IMG/VR virus record: IMGVR_UViG_3300012988_000001
Coordinates: 62,001-126,000 of that record
Reading direction: 5' to 3' (one strand)
DNA: 64,000 nt
Part shown: piece after piece, positions 9,711 to 18,470 of the stretch
Layout of the letters: each line of letters opens with the position of its first letter
How positions within the stretch are numbered: position 1 is the first letter of the stretch
Translations under genes and position numbers: made by a program
Notes under the pieces: generated by a model
Databases searched by the model: none
What the model was told of the DNA's origin: nothing
Seen by the model: the letters and a program-made list of their open reading frames with translations, nothing else

Positions 9711-11189
9711 ATGAAAAATCTAAACGTAAACTTCATTCTAAACGTAGACAGCTACAAAACCGCTCACGGTATGATGATGAAAGAAGGTGTAGTTGCACTT
9801 GAATCAAACATCATTGCTCGTAAGCCTACTCCTTATGCTACACACGTAGTCATGATGGGTATCCAAATCTACCTACAAGAATATCTTGATATTACCATTA
9901 CAACTGCTGATATCGATGAAGCTGAAGAAGAAACCGCATCTCGCGGGGATTATTTCGACCGCCCATTCTGGGAACATATCGTAGAAGTACACAAAGGTCG
10001 TGTCCCTCTACATATCCGTGCTATTCCTGAAGGTACTGTTGTACCAGTAGGTATGCCACTAGTACGCTCTATGAGTACTGATCCAGCAGTATTAGTAATT
10101 GCTAGCTACATTGAAACTCAACTTCAACGTGCTATTCAGTTCCCAACAACTGTTGCTTCTAACGCTCGCAGCATCAAGTCCTTCTTGGCTGATACAATGG
10201 AACGTCACAGTGGTCAACGCTTCGTTGATTACCATCTACACAACTTTGGTGATCGCAGTGCATCTTGCTACGAAGCAGCATGGCTAGCAGGTGTTTCACA
10301 TGCTGTAGTGTTCAGTGGTTCTGATTGCCTAATGGCAAACCGTTACATTAAACACTACTATCACACTAAGAAAAACTATCTAAGCAGTGTGATGGCAACC
10401 GAGCATAGTGCTACCTGTTCTAACTCCGACGCAGACAAACGCGACGACTTCAATATGGCCCTAAAAATGGTTCGTATTTGGGAGAAAATGTGTGATGATT
10501 ATATTGCAAAAGGTTCCGTTGGTATTCCACCAATTGTATCAATTGTAATCGATACATATGATGCATATCGCTTTGTTCGTGAGTTTATCGGTACTCGTCT
10601 AAAAGCAACTATCCAAGAGATCGCTGCTAAATGTCCGGGTGCTAAACTTGTAATGCGTCCAGACAGTGGTGACCCAACAACTATGCCTATTGAAATCCTA
10701 GAGATTCTAGCAGACAAGTTCGGTACTACTCTAAATGCTAAAGGTATGCGTGTTCTACCATCTTACATTGGCGTAATCCAAGGTGATGGTATCGAAGAAG
10801 ACTCTATCCGTGCAATCGTTGCAAACCTTGACAAACACAATCTATCCCTAGAGAACATCGTGTTTGGTATGGGCGGTAAGCTAGTACATCCACCTAAAGG
10901 TCGCGATACATACTCATTCGCCATGAAAGGTTCTGCACAACAACTATCAGAAGGTACTTGGGAAGACCTATTCAAAGACCCAATCACTGACGTTGGTAAA
11001 CGTAGCCTACGTGGTCGTGTAACTACTTACAAGTGCAAACAAAGTGGTAAAATCATGGCTGAACGTGTAGAGCTAGCAGCAGTAAATCCATTCCTAGAAG
11101 ACATGATGGTTGATGTTTATAAGGATGGCGTAATTATGAACCTAAGCACTTTCGATGAAGTTCGCGAACGTGCAAACAAAGGTCTATAA
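9711..11189 (+). CDS. nadV: nicotinamide phosphoribosyltransferase (Nampt/NadV)
   Basis: DSYK, HNFGDRS, ATEHS, VIDTYD, MRPDSGDP, IQGDG, FGMGG, KDPITDVGKRS. Confidence 0.95.
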   Translation: MKNLNVNFILNVDSYKTAHGMMMKEGVVALESNIIARKPTPYATHVVMMGIQIYLQEYLDITITTADIDEAEEETASRGDYFDRPFWEHIVEVHKGRVPLHIRAIPEGTVVPVGMPLVRSMSTDPAVLVIASYIETQLQRAIQFPTTVASNARSIKSFLADTMERHSGQRFVDYHLHNFGDRSASCYEAAWLAGVSHAVVFSGSDCLMANRYIKHYYHTKKNYLSSVMATEHSATCSNSDADKRDDFNMALKMVRIWEKMCDDYIAKGSVGIPPIVSIVIDTYDAYRFVREFIGTRLKATIQEIAAKCPGAKLVMRPDSGDPTTMPIEILEILADKFGTTLNAKGMRVLPSYIGVIQGDGIEEDSIRAIVANLDKHNLSLENIVFGMGGKLVHPPKGRDTYSFAMKGSAQQLSEGTWEDLFKDPITDVGKRSLRGRVTTYKCKQSGKIMAERVELAAVNPFLEDMMVDVYKDGVIMNLSTFDEVRERANKGL

Positions 11190-11196
11190 TCTTTTA

Positions 11197-11223
11197 GGGG
11201 AGTCTAGTACTCCCCATTTTCTT
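11197..11223 (+). terminator. intrinsic terminator of the NAD operon
   Basis: GGGGAGT-CTAGT-ACTCCCC-ATTTTCTT. Confidence 0.8.
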
Positions 11224-11234
11224 AAGAGGTTTAT

Positions 11235-11459
11235 ATGTCAGTAGCTATAATTATTATTTGTACTATACTATCCATTGCAGCATGTGCTATAATCACTCCA
11301 GTACTTGCAATCTTAGCAATGGCAACTGTATCTGCAATGGGTGGGCCAAATGTCCCTCTAGTAGTACGAGTATGTCTTTCTGCTGGTATGATTGGTGTAG
11401 GTTTGCTATCATACATCGGTATCCCTAAATTAATATTTGCACTAGGAGAACTAATATGA
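11235..11459 (+). CDS. small membrane protein
   Basis: Hydrophobic 74-aa ORF, RBS GAGG. Confidence 0.7.
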   Translation: MSVAIIIICTILSIAACAIITPVLAILAMATVSAMGGPNVPLVVRVCLSAGMIGVGLLSYIGIPKLIFALGELI

Positions 11460-12127
11460 GTTGGTCTGAACTAAAAGCAAAACTAGATAGTTATGTCATC
11501 CCACTTCATGATATGAATTGGGTTAAAGAGGAAATTCGTAAAGGTGTAATTGAAATGTCTGATTACGACCTAAACGATCCGGTTGACAAAGAAGAATATG
11601 AAAATGATACACAGTATATTGAAACGTACACTGGTATCATCATAGGTCTTCGTGATCCAGAAGAATTTGAGGGCTTCCCGTTTGGTATGAAAACTGCCGA
11701 AGGTTGGCTTGACGACCAATCTGTTATAGAGTATATTACTCAGCGTCACTGGCAAGAACTATCAGATTTCGATGTGGTAGATTGGCGTTGTATGGAAAGT
11801 TATTCCCAAATCTCATACGAAGATTATTACCAAAAGACACCAGAATTATCTCAGGTACAGCGTAATAAAGAACTAGATGCATTCTTTAGTACTCTTCTAG
11901 GTAAGTCTCTTACTGCCCCGGATGCTGTTGATGTGAAAAGTACAGCAGATTGTAAGAAATTCATCGAAGCTAATTATGGCAAGAAGGTGAAGCGTACTAA
12001 AAAACAAAAATGGGGTAACATGGAATTCCGTTTATTCCAAGATGAAGATGGTGAATATGTTTCTATTGTCAGCTATGACAACAAACTAATTTCACATTAT
12101 GGTTTCCCTTATGGTGAGGAATATTAA
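11456..12127 (+). CDS. hypothetical acidic protein
   Basis: 223-aa ORF, RBS GGAG. Confidence 0.75.
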   Translation: MSWSELKAKLDSYVIPLHDMNWVKEEIRKGVIEMSDYDLNDPVDKEEYENDTQYIETYTGIIIGLRDPEEFEGFPFGMKTAEGWLDDQSVIEYITQRHWQELSDFDVVDWRCMESYSQISYEDYYQKTPELSQVQRNKELDAFFSTLLGKSLTAPDAVDVKSTADCKKFIEANYGKKVKRTKKQKWGNMEFRLFQDEDGEYVSIVSYDNKLISHYGFPYGEEY

Positions 12128-12128
12128 A

Positions 12129-12329
12129 ATGGCTTGGTTTATCGTAATAGTAATGTGGGTTGTAGCCTTTGTATCAACATGGGTATGTACAATGGCAACA
12201 ACAATGGGCTGGACTCGCAACGGTAAGATGGATTGGAAAGGATGGTTCATGGAGTTTAAGAGTTTCCTTATCCCTCTTTGGATTGCAGCGATCACAATCT
12301 TTGTACTAGCACCTTATTGCTTCTTGTAG
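12129..12329 (+). CDS. small membrane protein
   Basis: Two hydrophobic segments; ATG 12129 behind GAGG. Confidence 0.65.
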   Translation: MAWFIVIVMWVVAFVSTWVCTMATTMGWTRNGKMDWKGWFMEFKSFLIPLWIAAITIFVLAPYCFL

Positions 12330-12386
12330 TTGATAGGAAGATTATGGGGATGTATAATCCCCTATTAATTAATCAGGAGATACCTT

Positions 12387-12629
12387 ATGTTAGCAACAGC
12401 TTTATGTACTTTTGCAATGATAATCTGGTGGTTCGGTGTTGGTCCATTTCTGATGGTATTCAACGGAATAGCACACAGTGATACAAACTGCCTCATCTCA
12501 TGGGCTAAACATGAAGGTAATAGTACTTTTAAATTACGTGTATACCAAGTACTACATTGTATTGGATACGCAGTTTGGTTAGCTGGGTTAATCGTAATTC
12601 CAGTACTTTTCAAAATCTATATGAAATAA
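12387..12629 (+). CDS. small membrane protein
   Basis: Two hydrophobic segments, RBS AGGAG. Confidence 0.65.
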   Translation: MLATALCTFAMIIWWFGVGPFLMVFNGIAHSDTNCLISWAKHEGNSTFKLRVYQVLHCIGYAVWLAGLIVIPVLFKIYMK

Positions 12630-12638
12630 GGAACACAA

Positions 12639-13232
12639 ATGACTTGTATTATCGCTTATACTAATGGGGAATCATCTTTCATCGCTGGTGACAAACTAGG
12701 TTCCAATGGTTTCACTAAATCAGTAATGGTTGAACCAAAGATTTTCGAAAAGAAATTCATCAAAGAAGATGAGAACGGTATTAACCGCACAGAAGAAACT
12801 CTTGCAATGGGTGGTACAACCTCATTCCGTATGTTGCAACTACTAGACCATAATTTGGTCCTCCCAACTCAGGAGAAAGGTACAACCACTATTCAGTACC
12901 TAGTACATAAGGTTATCCCAGAAATCCGCAAACTATTCAAAGAAGAATGGGGTTCTCGTGATAATACACAAGAAGTTGGTGGTGGTCAGTTCATTATTCT
13001 TCACGACCATGTGATTTATGAAGTACAAGAAGACTTCTCGGTACTTCAGCCTAAGACTGACATTACTTCAGTTGGTAGCGGTACTTATCATGCAATTGCT
13101 TCTATGCAAGCATTTCTAATTGCAAATGAAAGTACTGGTAATGATCTAGTGGATCACGTTACTGATATTTTCAAAATTGTTAGTGATAATGTTACGAGTG
13201 TGTCAAGTGAATACGATATCTTCACCTACTAA
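12639..13232 (+). CDS. HslV/proteasome-like Ntn-hydrolase peptidase
   Basis: N-terminal M-T-C-I-I-A (Thr nucleophile after Met removal), AGD, conserved K in EPKIF, GG, SVGSG. Confidence 0.75.
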   Translation: MTCIIAYTNGESSFIAGDKLGSNGFTKSVMVEPKIFEKKFIKEDENGINRTEETLAMGGTTSFRMLQLLDHNLVLPTQEKGTTTIQYLVHKVIPEIRKLFKEEWGSRDNTQEVGGGQFIILHDHVIYEVQEDFSVLQPKTDITSVGSGTYHAIASMQAFLIANESTGNDLVDHVTDIFKIVSDNVTSVSSEYDIFTY

Positions 13233-13620
13233 GGGCGACATTGATTATGAGCGGCGTTTAGTCGTCGCTCGACTAATCAATGAATCAATTCGTAATATAG
13301 ATAATAAGCATATTCGTTCTTTTGAAGGTGCAGCTATCAATATACGTTTTGGTCTTATGAAACCTTACATTAGTTTTCGTGGTGTGTCCTTCAGTAATGG
13401 TACTTACTCAGGTGATGGTTGTGATTTTGAATTTGGTGCAGCACAGATGACGTTCAACGTAAGTACAGATTGTCGTGTTGAACATTTTACTGCTAGATGG
13501 ATAGATTTTATGTTCATTCATCACATTCCATTTTCACACTTAAAAGACTTGATTATCATCGCAGACAACAAGGTATTTTCATACCGGGCCTGCTCAATTG
13601 AAATCAAAGACTATGATTAA
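13177..13620 (+). CDS. hypothetical protein (start uncertain)
   Basis: ORF fills the gap; true start likely downstream of 13177. Confidence 0.55.
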   Translation: MLVIMLRVCQVNTISSPTKGDIDYERRLVVARLINESIRNIDNKHIRSFEGAAINIRFGLMKPYISFRGVSFSNGTYSGDGCDFEFGAAQMTFNVSTDCRVEHFTARWIDFMFIHHIPFSHLKDLIIIADNKVFSYRACSIEIKDYD

Positions 13621-13633
13621 ATAAGGGTATAGA

Positions 13634-13849
13634 ATGACAGGAATATTGTTTGTACTTGTAGTACTACTTTGGGGAATGGGGTGTATTGTTGCATACCGTG
13701 ACCACAAGCAGGAAAAGCATTTCTTCTTCCACGGGCGTGATACTAACAAGTTTGATCGTTTCATGTGGGGCTTGATGGGAGTACTTAAGGTCTTATTTTG
13801 CCTAGCTGTATTTGGTGGCATTCTAAGGTTATATTTCATAGTAGGATAG
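13634..13849 (+). CDS. small membrane protein
   Basis: Two hydrophobic segments. Confidence 0.65.
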   Translation: MTGILFVLVVLLWGMGCIVAYRDHKQEKHFFFHGRDTNKFDRFMWGLMGVLKVLFCLAVFGGILRLYFIVG

Positions 13850-13853
13850 ATAA

Positions 13854-14300
13854 ATGGCAGGAAACGGATTTGTCGCATTGAAGCTAGATGCGACACAAGG
13901 AAAAGAAATTAATAAAATATTTAAGACAGCAGGATTAAAATGCTTGACACCCTCAAAGTATCATGTTACTGTTATGTACGACGAGTCAGATCCAGAGATC
14001 GAATTGCTAAAGAATTCAAAATCGTACACAGCAACGATCACAGGTGTCGAGCGTTTGGGGAAGAAAGGGGCTAAGTATGAAGCCATTGCCCTCATCTTGA
14101 AGTCGCCAGAAATAGAAAAACGTCATAAAGAATTAAAGAATGCAGGATTTAAGCACAAGTACCCTGATATTAAAGTTCACATGAGTATTTTGTATCAACC
14201 AAAGGAAACCGATCAAGATATCATTGAACTTATATACAAGTTAGGAGTACTACCTAAAACTTTAAAATTTGGACAGGAATATATGGGAAAAACCAAGTGA
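13854..14300 (+). CDS. 2H phosphoesterase, T4 gp57B/Acb1-like anti-CBASS nuclease candidate
   Basis: YHVTVMY and VHMSILY (HxT/HxS) with GFVALKL, LILKSPEIEKRH and QEY positions matching the Acb1 layout as recalled. Confidence 0.8.
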   Translation: MAGNGFVALKLDATQGKEINKIFKTAGLKCLTPSKYHVTVMYDESDPEIELLKNSKSYTATITGVERLGKKGAKYEAIALILKSPEIEKRHKELKNAGFKHKYPDIKVHMSILYQPKETDQDIIELIYKLGVLPKTLKFGQEYMGKTK

Positions 14301-14309
14301 GGTGAAACA

Positions 14310-15071
14310 ATGGATTTACAAAAGTTTTTAGATAACAAAGGTAACCGTCGCATACTAGTAATTAGTGGTGCTGGTCTATCAGCAGAATCTGGTATCAGTA
14401 CTTTCAGATACGACGAAGATGCGTTATGGGAAAATACCAATGTAAACCATGTTTGTAATATCGCTAACCTTTCTACGCACTACTACAAAGTTCATTCCTT
14501 TTACAATACATTACGTGTGAACTTAGGAAGCAAAGAACCAAACGCTGCTCATTATGCTATATCAGAGCTAGAAGCAATTTATGGTGATGAGAAATTCTTA
14601 CATATTACGACGAACGTAGACGATCTATATGAACGTGCTGGCGGTACTGCTATGCACCTTCATGGTAATCTCCGTGAAATTGTAGAAGGATATTCTCTCG
14701 CTGATAATGCATACAATGTAATTGATGTTGGCTATACTCCTTATATCCCTAAAGAGGATGTATTTGCTAAACCTAATATTGTAATGTTCGGGGAGTCCGA
14801 ACGTTACGTTGATGGTAAACGTATTCCATTGTATGAAGATCGCAATAAAGTACTTGCATCCTTAACGGATCTAGATATGGTAATTGTGGTTGGAACTTCT
14901 GATTTAGTAGTCCGGTGGTCTGGAATGGTTGGAATGTCACCCGCTTATACATATCACGTCAACATTCGTAAGAATGAAAATGATTGGATGTTTACTGAGA
15001 AAGTGTACAAACCAGCTACCGAGGCCATACCAACAATAATTCAAGATATAAAGTTGAGGATGGAACTATGA
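14310..15071 (+). CDS. Sir2/CobB-family NAD-dependent deacylase
   Basis: SGAGLSAESGISTFR, EPNAAH, TTNVDDLYERAG, HLHG, KPNIVMFGE, VVGTS. Confidence 0.92.
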   Translation: MDLQKFLDNKGNRRILVISGAGLSAESGISTFRYDEDALWENTNVNHVCNIANLSTHYYKVHSFYNTLRVNLGSKEPNAAHYAISELEAIYGDEKFLHITTNVDDLYERAGGTAMHLHGNLREIVEGYSLADNAYNVIDVGYTPYIPKEDVFAKPNIVMFGESERYVDGKRIPLYEDRNKVLASLTDLDMVIVVGTSDLVVRWSGMVGMSPAYTYHVNIRKNENDWMFTEKVYKPATEAIPTIIQDIKLRMEL

Positions 15072-15436
15072 GTGTAGTTATCAGGACGTATATTCTATAC
15101 GGAGCTAAAGTAGATACAAGTAATTATGATAAAAATCGCTTTGAAGATGAACAGGACTTCATCGATTACATTTATGATGTAATCAACATTGATGACTGCC
15201 CGTACAAAGTAATCTATAATGAGATGGACAATTCTTATTACTACGGTTATATTATTGACGAAGCAAGTGATTCACATTGGGATACAAAGTACTTAAGTTC
15301 TCGTACTTTCGATGAGATCATTAGTGAAGTTAGTACAGAAGTGAAAGAATCCCTTGATTGGATGTTACATATTCACTTCAACATGCGTAGCGAGACTAGC
15401 GATATTAATTTCAGAATATTGACAGTTTATTGCTAA
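15068..15436 (+). CDS. hypothetical protein
   Basis: 122-aa coupled ORF. Confidence 0.7.
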   Translation: MSVVIRTYILYGAKVDTSNYDKNRFEDEQDFIDYIYDVINIDDCPYKVIYNEMDNSYYYGYIIDEASDSHWDTKYLSSRTFDEIISEVSTEVKESLDWMLHIHFNMRSETSDINFRILTVYC

Positions 15437-15445
15437 GAAGGTAAA

Positions 15446-16003
15446 ATGGGTTATGAACAAGTTCCATTCGGTACACGTAGCCAACAAGGTGATTGTGTAT
15501 TCGTTTGGATATATGCAAAAAACTGTACACCTTACCAAAACTATCCATACAATGACATTCCTAATGTAACTCTAGTACTATCAGAGTTACGTTGGGATGG
15601 CCTAATGGGTGCAGTTGGTGGGGCAGTAGAAACAGATGATGTTTCGTTAGAAGAGGCCGTTAAACGGGAAGCGTGGGAAGAGATTCACTATGATCTACCG
15701 ATTGACAGATTAGAACCACTACAAACGTTGAAGAACCGTTATGGATCTCACAACCATAGTTTCTCACTTGAAGTATCGTATGAGGAATTATTAGAGATTC
15801 GTAACCATGCTCATTTGGGCGAGCACTTTAGTGCTGAGAACGCTGGTGTAAACTTAATGCACATTTGCCGTTACCAGAAGCCTAATAAAGTTGAATGCGG
15901 ATATAATATCCTTTTGGAACAGTATTTCGTGGGTTCTTCACGTGAAGAGTTACAGTACTTAGTAGAGTCTAAGAACTTACTCGTAAATTACACGGACAAA
16001 TAA
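15446..16003 (+). CDS. Nudix hydrolase, NUDT16-like
   Basis: LRWDGLMGAVGGAVE...SLEEAVKREAWEE Nudix box plus YEELL, H..ENAG and LLEQYFVGSSREEL resembling NUDT16 RFDGRLGFPGG...LEELL...FLENSFIGSAREQL. Confidence 0.8.
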   Translation: MGYEQVPFGTRSQQGDCVFVWIYAKNCTPYQNYPYNDIPNVTLVLSELRWDGLMGAVGGAVETDDVSLEEAVKREAWEEIHYDLPIDRLEPLQTLKNRYGSHNHSFSLEVSYEELLEIRNHAHLGEHFSAENAGVNLMHICRYQKPNKVECGYNILLEQYFVGSSREELQYLVESKNLLVNYTDK

Positions 16004-16005
16004 TC

Positions 16006-16338
16006 ATGTATAAGATGTTCCTAGATGATTTGAGGGATGCTGAGAAGTACTACCCAAATCAGGGCTTCGTCACCATGAGAACGTATTATGACGCAGTTGA
16101 ATATGTCAAGGAACATGGTGTTCCCACCTTCATCTCGTTTGATCACGATCTTGCTGACGATGCTGAAAACGAAATGACCGGATACAGTTTTGCAAAATTT
16201 ATGATTGACTTCATCATCGATAATGAGTTAGAATGTATCTTCGATTATGTAGTGCACAGTGCCAACCCAGTGGGTAAGGCGAATATTGAGTGCTATTTGT
16301 ATAATGGTTTCAAATTCATTAGGAGCAATCATGATTAA
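16006..16338 (+). CDS. cyclic-phosphate-processing receiver-like (cREC) domain protein
   Basis: MFLDDLR, ISFDHDL, TGYSFAKF, HSANPVG. Confidence 0.8.
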   Translation: MYKMFLDDLRDAEKYYPNQGFVTMRTYYDAVEYVKEHGVPTFISFDHDLADDAENEMTGYSFAKFMIDFIIDNELECIFDYVVHSANPVGKANIECYLYNGFKFIRSNHD

Positions 16339-16639
16339 ATTTTTAGTAGCAGGTATTGTAACAGCAGGTATTTGTTTCCTTGTCTCATCTTGTGATGAAC
16401 AGATCGAGAACACACGTAAAAATAACATCTATTACAATACTGCAACAGTTGTAAGTATCGGTCAATGTCGTGACAGTAAATGTGCATATTCATATAAAAC
16501 CAGCGAAGGTAGTATTGAATACGGTACATCTGAAACTCCATTGACAACAGGGCAGATTGTCTATCAGCAATGCTGGACAGAGAAGGTTAAAGGCCCACAG
16601 TGTTATGTAAACTATGAACCTTCAAAACGCAACGATTAA
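16331..16639 (+). CDS. putative lipoprotein
   Basis: MIKFLVAGIVTAGICFLVSS-C signal with lipobox-like Cys; RBS AGGAG. Confidence 0.65.
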   Translation: MIKFLVAGIVTAGICFLVSSCDEQIENTRKNNIYYNTATVVSIGQCRDSKCAYSYKTSEGSIEYGTSETPLTTGQIVYQQCWTEKVKGPQCYVNYEPSKRND

Positions 16640-16692
16640 TCGTACCTAAATACGATTGAAGGGGCAAGGAAAGCCCCAATACATAGATAAGG

Positions 16693-18147
16693 ATGTTTAT
16701 GAAAAAATATGCTCTAGACACAAACGTTTTACTAAGCGACCCATCAGCTATTCAAGCATTTGATGCCGCTAATGTAATTCTACCATTCACAGTACTAGAA
16801 GAGTTGGATTCTATTAAGAGTCGCAATGTTGACGTGAGTCGTGATGCTCGTGTTGCAATCCGCAACATCTCCGATATTCTCGAAACTGCTTCTCATGAAG
16901 AAATCTCAGATACTGGAGTGGACGTTTCTAAGGTTCACAAACATATGAACCCAGCGAGCCGTCTATTCGTTATTACTGTCGAAGAAGCTGAAGCACTAAT
17001 TCGAACTACCCAGTTTGAAGAAGAACAATTTGCTAAAGTGCAAACTCTAATTAAGAGTACTGTACCTGATGACAAAATTATTCTAGTTGCTCTAGCTACT
17101 AGTTCAGTACTTGTAACTCGTGATATTAACATGCGTATTAAAGCACTAGCATATGGTGTTGAAGTACAAGATTATCGTCACGATGTAACAATCGAAGACT
17201 CAGACCTAATCCACACAGGCCACCATGAACTAGATTTCAATCTATGGGATACGGTTGGTGATTCTGTAGTATACAGTGCTACAGCAGGTCGTCGCACTTT
17301 CCAATATATTCCAGAAGACGCTATTAAACATCTTCTACCAGATAGCCTCTGCATCGGTGATTACCTCTACGATACCGCAGACGTATTATTTGTTTACGAT
17401 GGTTATGGTCGTCGCGAAGACGTTGATCCTACTGCGATTGACGACGATACTGATTACATGGTCTTCCAAGACGTGGGTCAAGCTCGTGCACTACGTGCTA
17501 AAGTATGGGATATCAAAGCCAAAAACATTCAACAAGCAATGGCGATTAACAGTATTCTAGATCCTGAAGTACACATTACTGTACTACTTGGTTCTGCTGG
17601 TACTGGTAAAACCTTAATCACTATTGCAACAGCACTAGAACTAACCCTAGAGAAGCGTTTATATGATCGTATTATCTTCTCTAAAACTCAAGACTCGCAG
17701 TTCGAAGAGATTGGTTTCTTACCGGGTACTGAAATGGAAAAAGTAATTCCATTCTGCGGTGCTGCAATTGATGCTCTAGAGTATCTACACAAAGATGATG
17801 CTAACCCACAAGGTAGTATCGAAGAGATCATGAAACGTAACGTCATGCAGTTTAAAGCATTGAACTTCATTCGTGGTCGTAGTTTCATCAACACGATTCT
17901 AATCGTTGATGAATTCCAAAACATTACTCCTGCACAGGCCAAAACAATCTTGACACGTGCTGGTGAAAACTGTAAAGTAATCATCATGGGTAACCTAAGT
18001 CAGATTGACTCCCGCTTCATCTCTCCAGTTAACAGTGGTCTAACCTACGTTACTGAAAAGTTCAAAGATTGGGAAGGTTGTCGCGTGATTGAGCTAGAAG
18101 GTGTTGTTCGTTCAGCCCTAGCAGCTTTCGCAGAAGAAAATCTATAA
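16693..18147 (+). CDS. phoH: PIN-PhoH (PhoH2/YlaK-like) protein
   Basis: N-terminal PIN LDTNVLL...EELD...DDKII...TRDINMRIKA; P-loop GSAGTGKT, RGRSF, DEFQN, GNLSQID, RSALA. Confidence 0.92.
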   Translation: MFMKKYALDTNVLLSDPSAIQAFDAANVILPFTVLEELDSIKSRNVDVSRDARVAIRNISDILETASHEEISDTGVDVSKVHKHMNPASRLFVITVEEAEALIRTTQFEEEQFAKVQTLIKSTVPDDKIILVALATSSVLVTRDINMRIKALAYGVEVQDYRHDVTIEDSDLIHTGHHELDFNLWDTVGDSVVYSATAGRRTFQYIPEDAIKHLLPDSLCIGDYLYDTADVLFVYDGYGRREDVDPTAIDDDTDYMVFQDVGQARALRAKVWDIKAKNIQQAMAINSILDPEVHITVLLGSAGTGKTLITIATALELTLEKRLYDRIIFSKTQDSQFEEIGFLPGTEMEKVIPFCGAAIDALEYLHKDDANPQGSIEEIMKRNVMQFKALNFIRGRSFINTILIVDEFQNITPAQAKTILTRAGENCKVIIMGNLSQIDSRFISPVNSGLTYVTEKFKDWEGCRVIELEGVVRSALAAFAEENL

Positions 18148-18153
18148 TTATTT

Positions 18154-18180
18154 GGGGGCAGCTATTGCCCCCTAGCTTTT
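18154..18180 (+). terminator. intrinsic terminator
   Basis: GGGGGCA-GCTAT-TGCCCCC-TAGCTTTT. Confidence 0.65.
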
Positions 18181-18193
18181 GAAGTGATATAAT

Positions 18194-18424
18194 ATGTCTC
18201 AAGAAGTGATAGTTTTCGGTTGTCCATGCTGTGGTTCAAAAGCCCACTGGACACCGGGAAATAAAGATGTTAAAATGAATGACAGAGTTCAATGTTACGA
18301 ATGCTTCCTTGAAATGGAAGGTGATTACGAACCTCAGTCAGCAGTGAAATCGTGGAATTTTCGAGTACTCGATAATTACATTCAAGATACGGTCTACGAC
18401 ATGGACGGAAATATTATCCGATAA
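18194..18424 (+). CDS. Lar-like zinc-ribbon protein
   Basis: CPCCGS...VQCYEC...AVKSWNFR, typical of the Lar restriction-alleviation family. Confidence 0.6.
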   Translation: MSQEVIVFGCPCCGSKAHWTPGNKDVKMNDRVQCYECFLEMEGDYEPQSAVKSWNFRVLDNYIQDTVYDMDGNIIR

Positions 18425-18429
18425 ATGTT

Positions 18430-18458
18430 GGGACAAACCCGAAATAATGTGATATAAT
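18430..18458 (+). promoter_or_regulatory. GGGACA-class promoter (copy 2)
   Basis: TTGGGACAAAC-...-TGTGA-TATAAT, 17-nt spacer. Confidence 0.8.
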
Positions 18459-18470
18459 AAGAGCATAACA

